64,000 bases of DNA from Escherichia phage vB_EcoM_G10400: sequence record MK327937.1, one strand, 5' to 3'. Under the pieces are notes generated by a model. That model worked only from the letters and a program-made list of their open reading frames with translations, searched no databases and was not told where the DNA came from. Both the position numbers and the translations under genes were made by a program. Numbering within the stretch: the first letter of the stretch is position 1; the number at the start of each line of letters is the position of its first letter. Of the stretch, positions 30,233 through 40,369 are shown in pieces.

Positions 30233-30919
30233 TTAAAAATCGTGGGTAGAATCAGCTTCAAGAGCTACTACATAATTCGCATGTTCACCTTCAAATTTAG
30301 CAGCACCTTGTTTACCTTTTGCCCAGAGCAGAAGTTTATAATTTCCTGGTTGCATTTTCATATTTGCCATATTGATAATGAAATTAAATGTATTTTCACC
30401 ATCATAATCACCAAGAGTCAAAGAATATTTAACACGGGTAAGAGCAGAATCTTCTACTTTATTAAAACCGTTAATTACGATTTTACCTTCTTTTACCGTG
30501 ATAGCAATTGTATCAATTTGCAGACCACGAGATACACGCAACAGTTGTTGAAGGTCTTCAGCTTTAATTTCAGTAACAACAGATGCTACCGGGAATGGAA
30601 TTGGTTTATTAGGAGCAACTACTGTACTCGGATCGGCTGCTGGCCAAAAAATTGTTGAACGGGCATCAGCAATTTTAATATTTCCATCTTCTGACTGGGA
30701 AATTTCTGCATCATCATTAACTAGAGACAGAATACCGAGAAAACCATTCAAATCGTAAATTGCTACATCAAAATCAATAACGTCAGAAATATTTGCTTCC
30801 GCATAAGTTGTACCATTAACTGCGCGAGTCATAATAAATTGACCGGATTTAAGCATAATGCCAGAGTTAATAGTAGCGAAATTTTTCAAAATATTCAGTG
30901 TGTCTTTAGATAATTTCAT
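30233..30919 (-). CDS. 45: sliding clamp
   Basis: 228 aa; matches T4 gp45. Confidence 0.9.
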   Translation of the reverse strand: MKLSKDTLNILKNFATINSGIMLKSGQFIMTRAVNGTTYAEANISDVIDFDVAIYDLNGFLGILSLVNDDAEISQSEDGNIKIADARSTIFWPAADPSTVVAPNKPIPFPVASVVTEIKAEDLQQLLRVSRGLQIDTIAITVKEGKIVINGFNKVEDSALTRVKYSLTLGDYDGENTFNFIINMANMKMQPGNYKLLLWAKGKQGAAKFEGEHANYVVALEADSTHDF

Positions 30920-31803
30920 TTCAATTTCCTATTTACATAATAGTTAGACCAGGACCGTACAGCACCCTGATAAGATTCGTCGTTAAACCCATTAGCTACT
31001 GCAATTTTACGAAATTTATTATAACTCGGTTTTCCGTAAGCATGCCATAAAGATTTTAATTCATCTTCATGTTCAATCCAAGTTCCTCTAGCTTTAGATT
31101 TTCTAAATTTTGATTTGAATTCCGGTGAATTATTTCTAACAGTTGCTTGAATTGAAGCTCTCTGTCTTCTTTCAGCATTATTCCATAACTCTTTTTGAGA
31201 TTTAGAAATTTTTGATTTTACACTTTCTGAATTCATTATATCACTAAACTTTTTAGCATAACTGCAATCAAGATATTTCAATTTCATCTTATTTGAAAGT
31301 TTAAGCTTTTTCTCATCGGTCCAGTGATTCTTCATTGAATTAGATATTTTGTATTTTACGTCAGAACTATGTTTGTAACCTTTACGAATACCAACATAAT
31401 CGGGCGTAATTTCAGATTGCGAAAGCTTTACAATTTTTCCAGTTAAAACATTTTTATATGTTCCATATCCTTTAGCGCCAATTAAAGTATTTTCATCTGC
31501 GTATGCTTTATTAAAATATTTTATATTACTTTTTGCTTTAACTTTTAATTGAAAAAATCTTTCCAATTTTCTTGGATCTAATACAGTTTCAGCTAAAATT
31601 TTGACGGTATATTTAGTGGTTTTAATAAGCTCAAAATATTCATCGCTATAACTCGATGACACGCTTCCAGTATAAATCTTTCCAGCTGAATCAATTATAT
31701 TTGTTCCATCGAAAATTGCGTCAATTTTCGAACCTATATAATAACATGGAAAAATATTTTTAGCTTCCCGCTCTGGAAAGCTAATAAGATATACTAAATT
31801 CAT
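30916..31803 (-). CDS. homing-endonuclease-like protein (GIY-YIG/Seg-like N-terminus, NUMOD-like repeats), paralog of 43284..44105
   Basis: 295 aa; N-terminal VYLISF...YYIGSK...FDGTNIID; basic C-terminus with repeated KISxSxK motifs; ATGA overlaps on both sides. Confidence 0.55.
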   Translation of the reverse strand: MNLVYLISFPEREAKNIFPCYYIGSKIDAIFDGTNIIDSAGKIYTGSVSSSYSDEYFELIKTTKYTVKILAETVLDPRKLERFFQLKVKAKSNIKYFNKAYADENTLIGAKGYGTYKNVLTGKIVKLSQSEITPDYVGIRKGYKHSSDVKYKISNSMKNHWTDEKKLKLSNKMKLKYLDCSYAKKFSDIMNSESVKSKISKSQKELWNNAERRQRASIQATVRNNSPEFKSKFRKSKARGTWIEHEDELKSLWHAYGKPSYNKFRKIAVANGFNDESYQGAVRSWSNYYVNRKLK

Positions 31804-32189
31804 TTATTAAAATCAGCTGCGATTGTTTCGGCAACAATTTGAGCAGCAACAATCAGACGTTCATCTGCATTGCCGCAATATTCATCTTCAAGGCGTTCAC
31901 CACATGAAGTCATAATAAATTTAGCACCGGCGTTTAGAGATTCTGTAGTATGTTTGCGCATTAGTTCAATCCATTTATTACTTACTTCACGATCGATAGC
32001 TTCATAATACGCATGACGAGCAGGTGCAGATTTAATTTTGTTCTGAATAACTTCCATTGCGTTATCAGAAAGAGACAAAACCCATGCTCGACGAATTTTA
32101 TTTTGGTTTTGTGGATTTGATTCAGAACGCACGTGTTTTGGCTGAATATCTTTTACATCAACAGTATAATTCACAGTAATTTTAGTCAT
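31800..32189 (-). CDS. rpbA: RNA polymerase binding protein RpbA
   Basis: 129 aa; position after gene 45; matches T4 RpbA length. Confidence 0.75.
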   Translation of the reverse strand: MTKITVNYTVDVKDIQPKHVRSESNPQNQNKIRRAWVLSLSDNAMEVIQNKIKSAPARHAYYEAIDREVSNKWIELMRKHTTESLNAGAKFIMTSCGERLEDEYCGNADERLIVAAQIVAETIAADFNK

Positions 32190-32198
32190 AATACACCT

Positions 32199-32387
32199 TT
32201 AGTCATAATAATCAGTAACAGTCCAAGCTTCATTTCTATTGGACATTATTTTTGTATATTCTGCTTTAAATGCATTCCTAAGCATAGATTCAGTAACTAT
32301 ATGCTCTTCATTAGAAAAATTATTTCTCAGAATATATCGTTTTATTTCAGGAAAAGTTAATAAATGCTGTCCAGTTGAATATTCCAT
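32199..32387 (-). CDS. hypothetical protein (45.2-like)
   Basis: 62 aa ORF. Confidence 0.5.
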   Translation of the reverse strand: MEYSTGQHLLTFPEIKRYILRNNFSNEEHIVTESMLRNAFKAEYTKIMSNRNEAWTVTDYYD

Positions 32388-32442
32388 GTTTTTCCTCCAT
32401 AGAGATTATACTCTAATAAATTAAAGCATAATCTCTTATAAA

Positions 32443-34125
32443 TTAAACCATTACAGTAAATCGACCAACTTTCTTCATTTGAAGATGCTGACCATATTCT
32501 TGCGGGTCATGGTCTTTATGCGAAATTATAAAAACATTAGTGTTTTTCATTGAATTTATAATATTAGCTACACCTTTAATACCTTCGGCATCAAATGACC
32601 CATCAAACACTTCATCAAGAATTAATGTACTAATACTAACACCAGATACGATAGAAGCAATATCACGCCAAGTAAATAAAAGAGCAATATCAATTCGTGC
32701 CTTTTCACCTTCACTAAATGAAGCATAACTAAAATCTTCACGACCACGGGATTTAATTGTCTCATTAAATTCTTCATCTAATGTAAACACATAATCCGCT
32801 TCCATTATTTTAAGATAATGGTTAATCTGCTTATTAAATAATGGAATGTACTTTTTAATAATAGCACCTTTAATACCAGAATCTTTGAGCATATCAGTCA
32901 AAATTCCTCGGTGGTATTTTTCCATTACTAAATTAGTTTTTGTCTTAACAATTTTATCAAGTTCTTCTTGAAGCAATGCTATTTCATCAGCATGGTCAAT
33001 AAACTCGGATGATGCTTTTTCTATAGCTGCTTTAACTTTTTTAGCTTTATCTACTGTCGTGATTAGAGATTGCTTTTTATTGCGAATATCATTTGCCAAC
33101 GACTGCTGGGTTTTAATATTATCTCGGTATTCATCAACAAGAACTTTTAAATTATCACGGTGTGTTGAAAGCTGTTCAAACGAATGCGTACATTCAGAAA
33201 CTTTATCTTTAATTTTAGAAACAACTTTATCACCGGAACTTAATTGTGACAAACAGGTTGGACATAATCCACCTTCGTGATACATATTAATGACTTTATT
33301 ATACGAGTCAATTTTTGATTTAATTAAAACTGCTTCTTGACCGATTTTATTAAATGCATCAGTCGGGTCTTCATCTAAAACAATATTAACTAATCTTTCA
33401 TTAGCTTCTTCTATTTCCGATTTTAGCGTTCTAGCTTCTTTTGCCAAATCATCATACATATTTTGAAGACGAGTAAGGTTGTCACCCGTTAATTTTTTCT
33501 GGCGTTCAACGTTATCATTATATATTTTAATTTGTTGGATAATACTATCTTTTTTAACATCAAGCACTTGGTTCTGTGAGTTTAATTCACGTATTAGTGC
33601 TTTATTAAGCTTATCCATTTCAGCTAATGTTCCTACCTCAAGCAGGTCTTCCACAAGCTTTCTTCGCGCAGGGGTCGACAAACCCATGAAAGGGGTATAC
33701 CCTGCTGTACCAAGGACAACAATCTGCTTGAAACTGGCATATGACATTCCGATAAGCTGTTCAAATTCTGCTTGGAAATCTTTACTGCTGGCAGATTCAT
33801 TAAGACGTGTACCGTTAACGGTGATTTCAAAAACGTTCGGTTTTTGTCCTCTTTTGATATAGTACTTTTTCTCATCATATTCCATCCACAGTTCAACTAA
33901 AAGTTCTTTCTTATTTGTGCTGTTTATTAATTGACCTTTCTTTACATCACGAAATGGCTTGCCAAAAAGCCCAAATGTGATGGCTTCTAGCATAGTAGAC
34001 TTACCACCGCCATTTCGTCCAGTAATAAGAGTTTTTTGAACCTTATCTAATTGAATGTCAATAGGATTTCCACCTACTGACATTATATTTTGATACCTAA
34101 CTCGGTTTAGTTTAAAATTCTTCAC
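32443..34125 (-). CDS. 46: recombination endonuclease subunit (Rad50/SbcC-like ATPase)
   Basis: 560 aa; Walker A GRNGGGKST, coiled coil, signature and Walker B at C-terminus. Confidence 0.95.
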   Translation of the reverse strand: MKNFKLNRVRYQNIMSVGGNPIDIQLDKVQKTLITGRNGGGKSTMLEAITFGLFGKPFRDVKKGQLINSTNKKELLVELWMEYDEKKYYIKRGQKPNVFEITVNGTRLNESASSKDFQAEFEQLIGMSYASFKQIVVLGTAGYTPFMGLSTPARRKLVEDLLEVGTLAEMDKLNKALIRELNSQNQVLDVKKDSIIQQIKIYNDNVERQKKLTGDNLTRLQNMYDDLAKEARTLKSEIEEANERLVNIVLDEDPTDAFNKIGQEAVLIKSKIDSYNKVINMYHEGGLCPTCLSQLSSGDKVVSKIKDKVSECTHSFEQLSTHRDNLKVLVDEYRDNIKTQQSLANDIRNKKQSLITTVDKAKKVKAAIEKASSEFIDHADEIALLQEELDKIVKTKTNLVMEKYHRGILTDMLKDSGIKGAIIKKYIPLFNKQINHYLKIMEADYVFTLDEEFNETIKSRGREDFSYASFSEGEKARIDIALLFTWRDIASIVSGVSISTLILDEVFDGSFDAEGIKGVANIINSMKNTNVFIISHKDHDPQEYGQHLQMKKVGRFTVMV

Positions 34126-34385
34126 AAAAGATTCCTTTTAATGTATCTTTTAGACCATTCTATCATATCATCATAATCTAAAAAGTATTCATCAAATTCA
34201 GCCATGCAAACAACGCCTTGTGCTGTTTTTGATGTAATATAAATTATTCCAACATATCTAGAATCTTCTTCGGTGTAATCAATATTTGCTATGAATTCAT
34301 CATTAATGTCAAATGTCGAAAACTTCACAGTATGCATCCTTAATACAAGATACAGCCATATCTCGTAATGATTTAGGTGTGTCAT
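34122..34385 (-). CDS. hypothetical protein
   Basis: 87 aa ORF; overlaps next ORF by 77 nt in another frame; start uncertain. Confidence 0.4.
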   Translation of the reverse strand: MTHLNHYEIWLYLVLRMHTVKFSTFDINDEFIANIDYTEEDSRYVGIIYITSKTAQGVVCMAEFDEYFLDYDDMIEWSKRYIKRNLL

Positions 34386-34572
34386 TATCTAAAATGTTGA
34401 AGTTAAAAGATACAGCCCAGTCAGTGCAGACCGTGACCTTTTTAATACAATTATCTTCAACCTCTAGCGGTTCAAACCAATATTCAATAATTTCTTTATG
34501 ACCAATATCATCTTTTACTTCGCATTCAAAATGCTGACTCATCATAACATTTTTAAATTCATCAAAAGTCAT
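34309..34572 (-). CDS. hypothetical protein
   Basis: 87 aa ORF, ATGA overlap with gene 47. Confidence 0.45.
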   Translation of the reverse strand: MTFDEFKNVMMSQHFECEVKDDIGHKEIIEYWFEPLEVEDNCIKKVTVCTDWAVSFNFNILDNDTPKSLRDMAVSCIKDAYCEVFDI

Positions 34573-35588
34573 TGTGTTGCCTCTACATATAGCTGATTCG
34601 CATATTGAATAAGTGCTTCACGGTCAGAATCAGTGATGTCTGGAATTGCATTAATGTATTCTTCCATCAACGTCTGAAGAGATTGAACTTCAACTTCTTC
34701 ACTGTCATCTGACTCGACAGAGTTATCAATCTTTGACACAACTCGTAATGAATGCACAACTTTTTCTAGTTCAGATTCGAACTTCGTTAGATTTTTGTCT
34801 ACTTCAGTTACTATAACACGTACTGATAGATTTGTAAAATCTTTATAGTCAATTTTTCCTTTAAATGGATAATGAATTCTACGATGCCAAGTAGTGTTGT
34901 TTGGAATAAATTCCATTCGTTCTGTTTCTGTATCAAACATCCAGAACCCACGAGGGTCATTCTCGTCACCTGCAGTTAGTGTCCATGGTGTCCCAATATA
35001 TCTGACGTTTGCAGCCTCAGAAATAGTATGGAAGTGACCAGACCACACTTCTTTATAAGTCTTAAGGAAATCAGGTTCAAGACCGTGAGATTTCATTCCT
35101 TTATAAAAATAAAATCCATTCAGTTCCCAGTGACCAACGCAAAAAGAAGCAGATGAAGTTTTGATGTGCTCAAGAATTTCACCAGTATTTTCTTCACACA
35201 TCCAAGGAATTAAATCAATTAAACATCCGTCAAAATCTACTGTAGTAGGCTTATCATATACTTTAACATTAGGATATTTAGCCAAAAGCTCAGTAGAAGC
35301 ATTTGGATGCATTACATTTTTGTAGTGGAGATCGTGATTTCCTACAATAGTATGTAATGTGATTCCAGCACCATCAAGCATTTGAACTATTTCACGGGCA
35401 AACTCCATAGTTTTATGCGTGATCGCTTTTCGCACATCAAAAATATCACCGTATTGAATCCATACCGTAATTCCATTTTTCTTAGAATATTCTATCGCTT
35501 GCTTAATTCCATCAATTTGAATACCGCGAATCCACTCATCATCGGCTTTAACGCCTAAATGCCAATCACCTAAATTTAAAATTTTCAT
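34569..35588 (-). CDS. 47: recombination nuclease subunit (Mre11/SbcD-like)
   Basis: 339 aa; phosphoesterase motifs GDWH, GNHD; matches T4 gp47. Confidence 0.95.
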   Translation of the reverse strand: MKILNLGDWHLGVKADDEWIRGIQIDGIKQAIEYSKKNGITVWIQYGDIFDVRKAITHKTMEFAREIVQMLDGAGITLHTIVGNHDLHYKNVMHPNASTELLAKYPNVKVYDKPTTVDFDGCLIDLIPWMCEENTGEILEHIKTSSASFCVGHWELNGFYFYKGMKSHGLEPDFLKTYKEVWSGHFHTISEAANVRYIGTPWTLTAGDENDPRGFWMFDTETERMEFIPNNTTWHRRIHYPFKGKIDYKDFTNLSVRVIVTEVDKNLTKFESELEKVVHSLRVVSKIDNSVESDDSEEVEVQSLQTLMEEYINAIPDITDSDREALIQYANQLYVEATQ

Positions 35589-35725
35589 ATATCAAGAACC
35601 GTCATTGAAATGCAAAATAAAATTAATGAAATAAATCCATCTGGAGTGCTAAAGAACCCAATCCAACATGCTCTGGTGAACAAATAAAACGCTAGAAAAA
35701 GTATCACATATCCAAGAAATATCAT
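35585..35725 (-). CDS. hypothetical small membrane protein
   Basis: 46 aa hydrophobic hand-translated ORF; ATGA overlap with gene 47. Confidence 0.35.
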   Translation of the reverse strand: MIFLGYVILFLAFYLFTRACWIGFFSTPDGFISLILFCISMTVLDI

Positions 35726-35744
35726 TATATCAAACTCCGTATAA

Positions 35745-35767
35745 AGCTAAAGGGCCGAAGCCCTTTA
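35745..35767 (-). terminator. tetraloop hairpin terminator
   Basis: aaagggccgaagcccttt overlapping alpha-gt stop codon. Confidence 0.55.
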
Positions 35768-36967
35768 TTTTGTAATAATGTCAAATTGCTCTTTAAAGCA
35801 GAAGCTTGAATCTTGATGCTGATACAAAAATTCATAAGCTTTTTCACGTTCACGGTCATAAAGAGTTCGATCAGATGACAGTTCTTTAATACGTTCAAAT
35901 GTTGATTTCATATCATTTTCATCAAACCAAATGATACCGCTATCATGCGAGGTCAAAGGAGTATTATCAACACGGAATTTTAAATTTTCGCCAATAGATT
36001 TCCAAAATACCGGAATTGTTCCACATGCACCAAGCTCGAGATGAGTATATTCTAAAGAGCGCTGTAGATATTTTTTATCCAACTTACTCAACTGATAACC
36101 AAAACCGGATTTGCTCATGCGTTCAAGCATTTCGCTATTTACATAACGGTCAAGAATTTGCGTTGGCAAATTAGGAGCAATTTTAATTTGGTCTACTTGA
36201 TGAAGACGATAATACTCGTATGGAATTCCTTTTTCTTTAATAGGAATGAACGCTGGAGAACGTTCCAGACCTTCCATAATAGTACTTAGTCCTGCAGGTT
36301 TAAGATGTTTTTCGTGAAAATCAAACATCTGATAAAAGCCTTTCCATGTAGTAGTACGACCAATCCAACGGTTGATATTCATGTTAATTTCAGAAACATC
36401 TTTCCAGTAGGTTGATCGAACCTTCGCAATATCCATAGGAGGCTGAAAGTTATATACTGTCGGCGCTTCTTCAATATCATCAAACAAAGAAACTGTTTCA
36501 GGATACCATTCTTTCATCAGAACTTTATTAAAATCACCATTATCAGAATGGCTAAAAATAACATCAGCTCGACGAACAGTTTCTTCTAATCCCAAATTTC
36601 GGCGCAAAGAAAGAGAAGAATGGTCATGTTGATAAACTACAACACGAACAGAAGGTTTAATGTTATCAATAATTTTTTTATAGTTATTAATAGTGTCTTC
36701 TTCAACCGAAGTAGCAGGAACTGAATTGATAATTAGAATATCACAATCATTTACCAGCTTAAGTGTTTTATCATATTCTTTTGCCAATAAAACCGGAATT
36801 GAAAATGATTTATAATCATGCGCGCAATTACGAGTAAATGATTTATCTTTAGCATAAACCAAAGTTACTTCATGACCATTCTTAATAAACCAATCACGTT
36901 GCTCAAGAGAAAATTTAGTTACACCACAACCTTCAAGACCTCGAGCCATAAAAATACATACTTTCAT
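35765..36967 (-). CDS. agt: DNA alpha-glucosyltransferase
   Basis: 400 aa; near-identical to T4 alpha-gt as recalled. Confidence 0.95.
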   Translation of the reverse strand: MKVCIFMARGLEGCGVTKFSLEQRDWFIKNGHEVTLVYAKDKSFTRNCAHDYKSFSIPVLLAKEYDKTLKLVNDCDILIINSVPATSVEEDTINNYKKIIDNIKPSVRVVVYQHDHSSLSLRRNLGLEETVRRADVIFSHSDNGDFNKVLMKEWYPETVSLFDDIEEAPTVYNFQPPMDIAKVRSTYWKDVSEINMNINRWIGRTTTWKGFYQMFDFHEKHLKPAGLSTIMEGLERSPAFIPIKEKGIPYEYYRLHQVDQIKIAPNLPTQILDRYVNSEMLERMSKSGFGYQLSKLDKKYLQRSLEYTHLELGACGTIPVFWKSIGENLKFRVDNTPLTSHDSGIIWFDENDMKSTFERIKELSSDRTLYDREREKAYEFLYQHQDSSFCFKEQFDIITK

Positions 36968-37016
36968 TTAATATCCTCTTTGTTTTGGTTTATTTTACCA
37001 AAAATTTATAAAGCAA

Positions 37017-37037
37017 TATAGGAGCCGAAGCTCCTAT
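37017..37037 (-). terminator. tetraloop hairpin
   Basis: taggagccgaagctccta. Confidence 0.45.
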
Positions 37038-37207
37038 CCACATAATACGCCATACAGAGGCTCGTTAGAACTTTTAAATTTTATGCGCTTATATTTTATA
37101 GTTCCTTCTGCTTTAGCTTTATCATGAGACGCTTTAAAGAGTCTCATCATTTCCTCTTTAGAGGAACGAATTTTATTATAATCTATTTCAGAAGTCTGGG
37201 TGTTCAT
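37034..37207 (-). CDS. hypothetical small protein
   Basis: 57 aa hand-translated ORF; weak RBS; stop codon overlaps terminator hairpin. Confidence 0.3.
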   Translation of the reverse strand: MNTQTSEIDYNKIRSSKEEMMRLFKASHDKAKAEGTIKYKRIKFKSSNEPLYGVLCG

Positions 37208-37210
37208 CTT

Positions 37211-37414
37211 TCACAGTTGCCACCATTTTTTGACTTGGTAAGAATCAACCCACACTTTCATATTAGGGTCTGCTCTTACAATAGGAGGATTAACTTCTTT
37301 AATTGAACTATCATGGTATTCTTTTTCAGAAATTTTCACACAAAGATGACCATTCAAAGATTCAGTAAATCCTGCATTAATTTTAAGACGCTTGAATTTT
37401 ACGTGTGTAAGCAT
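37211..37414 (-). CDS. hypothetical protein
   Basis: 67 aa from ATG 37414 with GAGGA RBS (track start TTG). Confidence 0.5.
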   Translation of the reverse strand: MLTHVKFKRLKINAGFTESLNGHLCVKISEKEYHDSSIKEVNPPIVRADPNMKVWVDSYQVKKWWQL

Positions 37415-37700
37415 CAATCATATCCTCAATCTGCGATCTAGTAGTCTTCCAAAGAATACTGATGAGTTCATCGTTATATGGCTGTTTCAGAATATCCCGA
37501 CTTTTCTTGATAGCATATTCGTATTGAGCAAAATTATTATTTTCAGCTGCAATCTGAGCGTGCTTATAAAGACGATTCAGTTCGCGTTTGTTTTTAGACA
37601 ATAACTTATTTGCTTTTCTTTCTGCTTCAAGACGGTTCTTTTCTTCAATAGAAGAAATAAGCTTTTCCACTTCATCATTAATTTCGGGTTTATCAGTCAT
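37383..37700 (-). CDS. hypothetical protein
   Basis: 105 aa ORF. Confidence 0.55.
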   Translation of the reverse strand: MTDKPEINDEVEKLISSIEEKNRLEAERKANKLLSKNKRELNRLYKHAQIAAENNNFAQYEYAIKKSRDILKQPYNDELISILWKTTRSQIEDMIDAYTRKIQAS

Positions 37701-37701
37701 A

Positions 37702-37920
37702 TTATTTCTCTAATATAAAATAAAAATCATCATCTGTTAAATGATACCGATAGTTTAATTCTACACCATTAGATTTAAAAGCGGTATCATACGGATTTTC
37801 TGGATCAATATCAATGTCAAGAGCTAAAACTTCCCTGAGATACATTTTAAGTAAATAGGGAATAGCTTCAACTTCAGGTATTTCTTCCAAGAATCCGGAG
37901 AGGTTAATCGTTAGCCTCAT
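37702..37920 (-). CDS. hypothetical protein
   Basis: 72 aa ORF. Confidence 0.5.
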   Translation of the reverse strand: MRLTINLSGFLEEIPEVEAIPYLLKMYLREVLALDIDIDPENPYDTAFKSNGVELNYRYHLTDDDFYFILEK

Positions 37921-38461
37921 ATAAAAAATCCAAACTAGGAGAATCGTCTACAACACTTTTCTTTTCAGCCCCCGGTGTTCTATAGGTTGATTCTTCGTAA
38001 TGCGTCATTTTATCGTAGATGTCTTGAATAAAAGTTTCATCTACTAACGCAACCATATCGTCGTCACGACTGTCATAGACATTGTGAACGAAGTAACTAT
38101 ATTTCTTTGCAACTTCCTTACGTTCTTTTTTAATACGTTGGACGAATGCATTAAAACAAGCTTGAGTTATATACGCATGTGGGTTTTTATATTTCGTTTC
38201 ATCAAAATTATGAAGCCCCTTAATAGAAGCTTCTATACCATCTGCAATCATTTCTTGTTTCCAAGACTGGGTGTATCCTGAAAAGTTGAAACGTTTAGAT
38301 AAGCCTTCTGCAATAAGCATAATGGCTAATCCGATAGTATCATTTTGACGAACTACTTTATTTGGGTCTTTATTATTTGCTAATTCTGTTTTCCAATCAA
38401 TAATAGCTTGTAAAAGCTCTTTATTGTTTACGTAATTATATTTAGGCTTAGTTTCTGGCAT
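37904..38461 (-). CDS. 55: late-transcription sigma factor gp55
   Basis: 185 aa from ATG 38461 (track start GTG); matches T4 gp55. Confidence 0.9.
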   Translation of the reverse strand: MPETKPKYNYVNNKELLQAIIDWKTELANNKDPNKVVRQNDTIGLAIMLIAEGLSKRFNFSGYTQSWKQEMIADGIEASIKGLHNFDETKYKNPHAYITQACFNAFVQRIKKERKEVAKKYSYFVHNVYDSRDDDMVALVDETFIQDIYDKMTHYEESTYRTPGAEKKSVVDDSPSLDFLYEAND

Positions 38462-38539
38462 TTTCACCTCTTAGCTCAATTCATAGATCTATTATATCAT
38501 AATATTTGAAGATCTATCTTAAAGCATAGAGGATATCAG

Positions 38540-38809
38540 TTATCTAAGTAAGCAGTATGCTTGGAACACTTTCTCCATCATCTTTTTAAATTCATGAATA
38601 TCTATGTAATGATCATTAATATCAGCGCGATATAAAAAGTCTAAAAACTTTTTATGGGTATTAGAATATTTACTTCCAGTTAATTCAGAAACATGGCTTT
38701 CCCAATATCCAACACCAGTTTTATTTGGGAAAAATGAAATTTTCATGTATTGGTCAACATAGAAAATACCAAAATTTTCAATAGCAATAGAAATATTAAT
38801 TAATTTCAT
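38540..38809 (-). CDS. hypothetical protein
   Basis: 89 aa ORF. Confidence 0.5.
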   Translation of the reverse strand: MKLINISIAIENFGIFYVDQYMKISFFPNKTGVGYWESHVSELTGSKYSNTHKKFLDFLYRADINDHYIDIHEFKKMMEKVFQAYCLLR

Positions 38810-39027
38810 ACATTCATCAACTTAGCCGCTTCAAAAGCTGCATCTAGTGAATCAAACTGGTCAACGTATTCAATCAATTCGCCGTAATTGGCATATAACC
38901 ACCATTGGCTAAATTCATACTCAAGGATGAATCCGTTTCCTTCAATTTGAGTTAAACCAATGCCATTTGTATTTACTTCATATCCGGCAAGACGTAAATC
39001 GTTAATAAGAGCTTCGTTCATATTCAT
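38806..39027 (-). CDS. hypothetical protein
   Basis: 73 aa ORF, ATGA overlap. Confidence 0.5.
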   Translation of the reverse strand: MNMNEALINDLRLAGYEVNTNGIGLTQIEGNGFILEYEFSQWWLYANYGELIEYVDQFDSLDAAFEAAKLMNV

Positions 39028-39350
39028 ACCTTAGCAATTTTCAGGTCTGCAAATTTTTTCTTGCGTTGATTTTTCATGCGACGAATAGTTTTATCGGAAA
39101 TTTCATGCTTTTGATAAGCTTTAGATTCTACACCAAAAGCTTTAACATCAAATTCTGACAAGATATATTGAACCAACAATTCACGGACAGTATTGCGTCC
39201 AATCTTCTGATCATTCTGTTTCATCGTCTGATGAAGCTCTTTTTCCCATTTATCCAAAATTTGAGGAGTTACAATATCGCCTTTTTCTAGCAAAGAAACT
39301 ACTTTATCATATGCGTAAGAATTAATGACGTTTTTAATTTGAATAGTCAT
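39024..39350 (-). CDS. hypothetical protein
   Basis: 108 aa ORF. Confidence 0.55.
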   Translation of the reverse strand: MTIQIKNVINSYAYDKVVSLLEKGDIVTPQILDKWEKELHQTMKQNDQKIGRNTVRELLVQYILSEFDVKAFGVESKAYQKHEISDKTIRRMKNQRKKKFADLKIAKV

Positions 39351-39384
39351 ACATTATCCTCAATTACGTTAAAATTTTATTATC

Positions 39385-39405
39385 CAAAAAGGGCCGAAGC
39401 CCTTA
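39385..39405 (-). terminator. tetraloop hairpin terminator + U-run
   Basis: aagggccgaagccctt then uuuuugg on minus strand. Confidence 0.6.
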
Positions 39406-39603
39406 GCTAAACTTTTTGGCACCCTTCCAGCCTTCATACATCATTGCGGCTGATATTAATATTGCTCCTGAGCAACTTGAATATTTGTGATTCCAAAACC
39501 AGTTTAGAAAAACTTCATCATCAATACCTTGGGCTATCATATTTTCAAAGAACTGACGACGAGATTCGGCAATTCGTTGTGATAATTTAGATTCAGGATT
39601 CAT
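39403..39603 (-). CDS. hypothetical protein
   Basis: 66 aa ORF; stop overlaps terminator hairpin. Confidence 0.5.
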   Translation of the reverse strand: MNPESKLSQRIAESRRQFFENMIAQGIDDEVFLNWFWNHKYSSCSGAILISAAMMYEGWKGAKKFS

Positions 39604-39735
39604 TTAAATTTTCCAGTTACCGTTTTCATCAATAAATTTAATCCAGTCATTTACTGACCACTTAGTTGTATCACCTTTTGGAGTAACATTTAAAGTGTAT
39701 AACCCCTGCTTAAAAAGCATTCGTTTGATATTCAT
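39604..39735 (-). CDS. hypothetical small protein
   Basis: 43 aa from ATG 39735 with GAGGA RBS (track ORF 39604..39819 begins with TTG). Confidence 0.35.
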   Translation of the reverse strand: MNIKRMLFKQGLYTLNVTPKGDTTKWSVNDWIKFIDENGNWKI

Positions 39736-39742
39736 AATTTCC

Positions 39743-40036
39743 TCAGCTGTAACGATAACACTCGTTTGATTTACGTTTAGCAACTCGTTGAGAAGTATTA
39801 TAATCAAAATCATCGTCAATGTAAACTGATTTTTTCAACTTTCTTACTTCACCGCGTAATTGACGATTTAGCTCATCTTTAACTTCTGAATCAATACCTT
39901 TCATTCTACGCCATTTATCTGAGCGAAAAATGTTTTCAACCATATCTTTATGACTTACACCATCAGGAGCTTTACGCTTTCCGAAATAGTCATAATCACG
40001 CACTTTTAAGTCTTTACGACGATACGTTTTACCCAT
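39743..40036 (-). CDS. hypothetical basic protein
   Basis: 97 aa from ATG 40036 with AGGA RBS; Lys/Arg-rich. Confidence 0.5.
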   Translation of the reverse strand: MGKTYRRKDLKVRDYDYFGKRKAPDGVSHKDMVENIFRSDKWRRMKGIDSEVKDELNRQLRGEVRKLKKSVYIDDDFDYNTSQRVAKRKSNECYRYS

Positions 40037-40211
40037 GGAGTTTAATTTCCTTAGCAATTGAACTAAATGCAGCACGATCGCAAATCATGTGTTTATGTAA
40101 CTTAAGTATAAGATAATAAACATCATAACCATTTACGTAAGTAACGCGAACAGCATTACCATTAATAAGATAATACTGTCCCTTTTTAATTTCTTTATCA
40201 ATCATAACCAT
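40029..40211 (-). CDS. hypothetical protein
   Basis: 60 aa ORF downstream of early promoter. Confidence 0.45.
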   Translation of the reverse strand: MVMIDKEIKKGQYYLINGNAVRVTYVNGYDVYYLILKLHKHMICDRAAFSSIAKEIKLHG

Positions 40212-40241
40212 ATCAATTCCTCAAAGGCAATTCATGTGTTA

Positions 40242-40271
40242 ATAATACCATAGTTTGAGCTCGTTGTAAAC
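40242..40271 (-). promoter_or_regulatory. early promoter
   Basis: minus strand gtttacaacgagctcaaactatggtattat. Confidence 0.5.
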
Positions 40272-40344
40272 AACTTTGTGAAAATTATTTTAGGGAATGA
40301 TAAGAAAGGAACGATAGCTTAGAATGGTAATATACAGAATGTGA

Positions 40345-40366
40345 GAAAGAAAGGCCCAGAGGGCCC
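40345..40366 (-). terminator. hairpin terminator
   Basis: ggccc-aga-gggcc followed by U-rich tract on minus strand, downstream of nrdH. Confidence 0.55.
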
Positions 40367-40369
40367 GTC

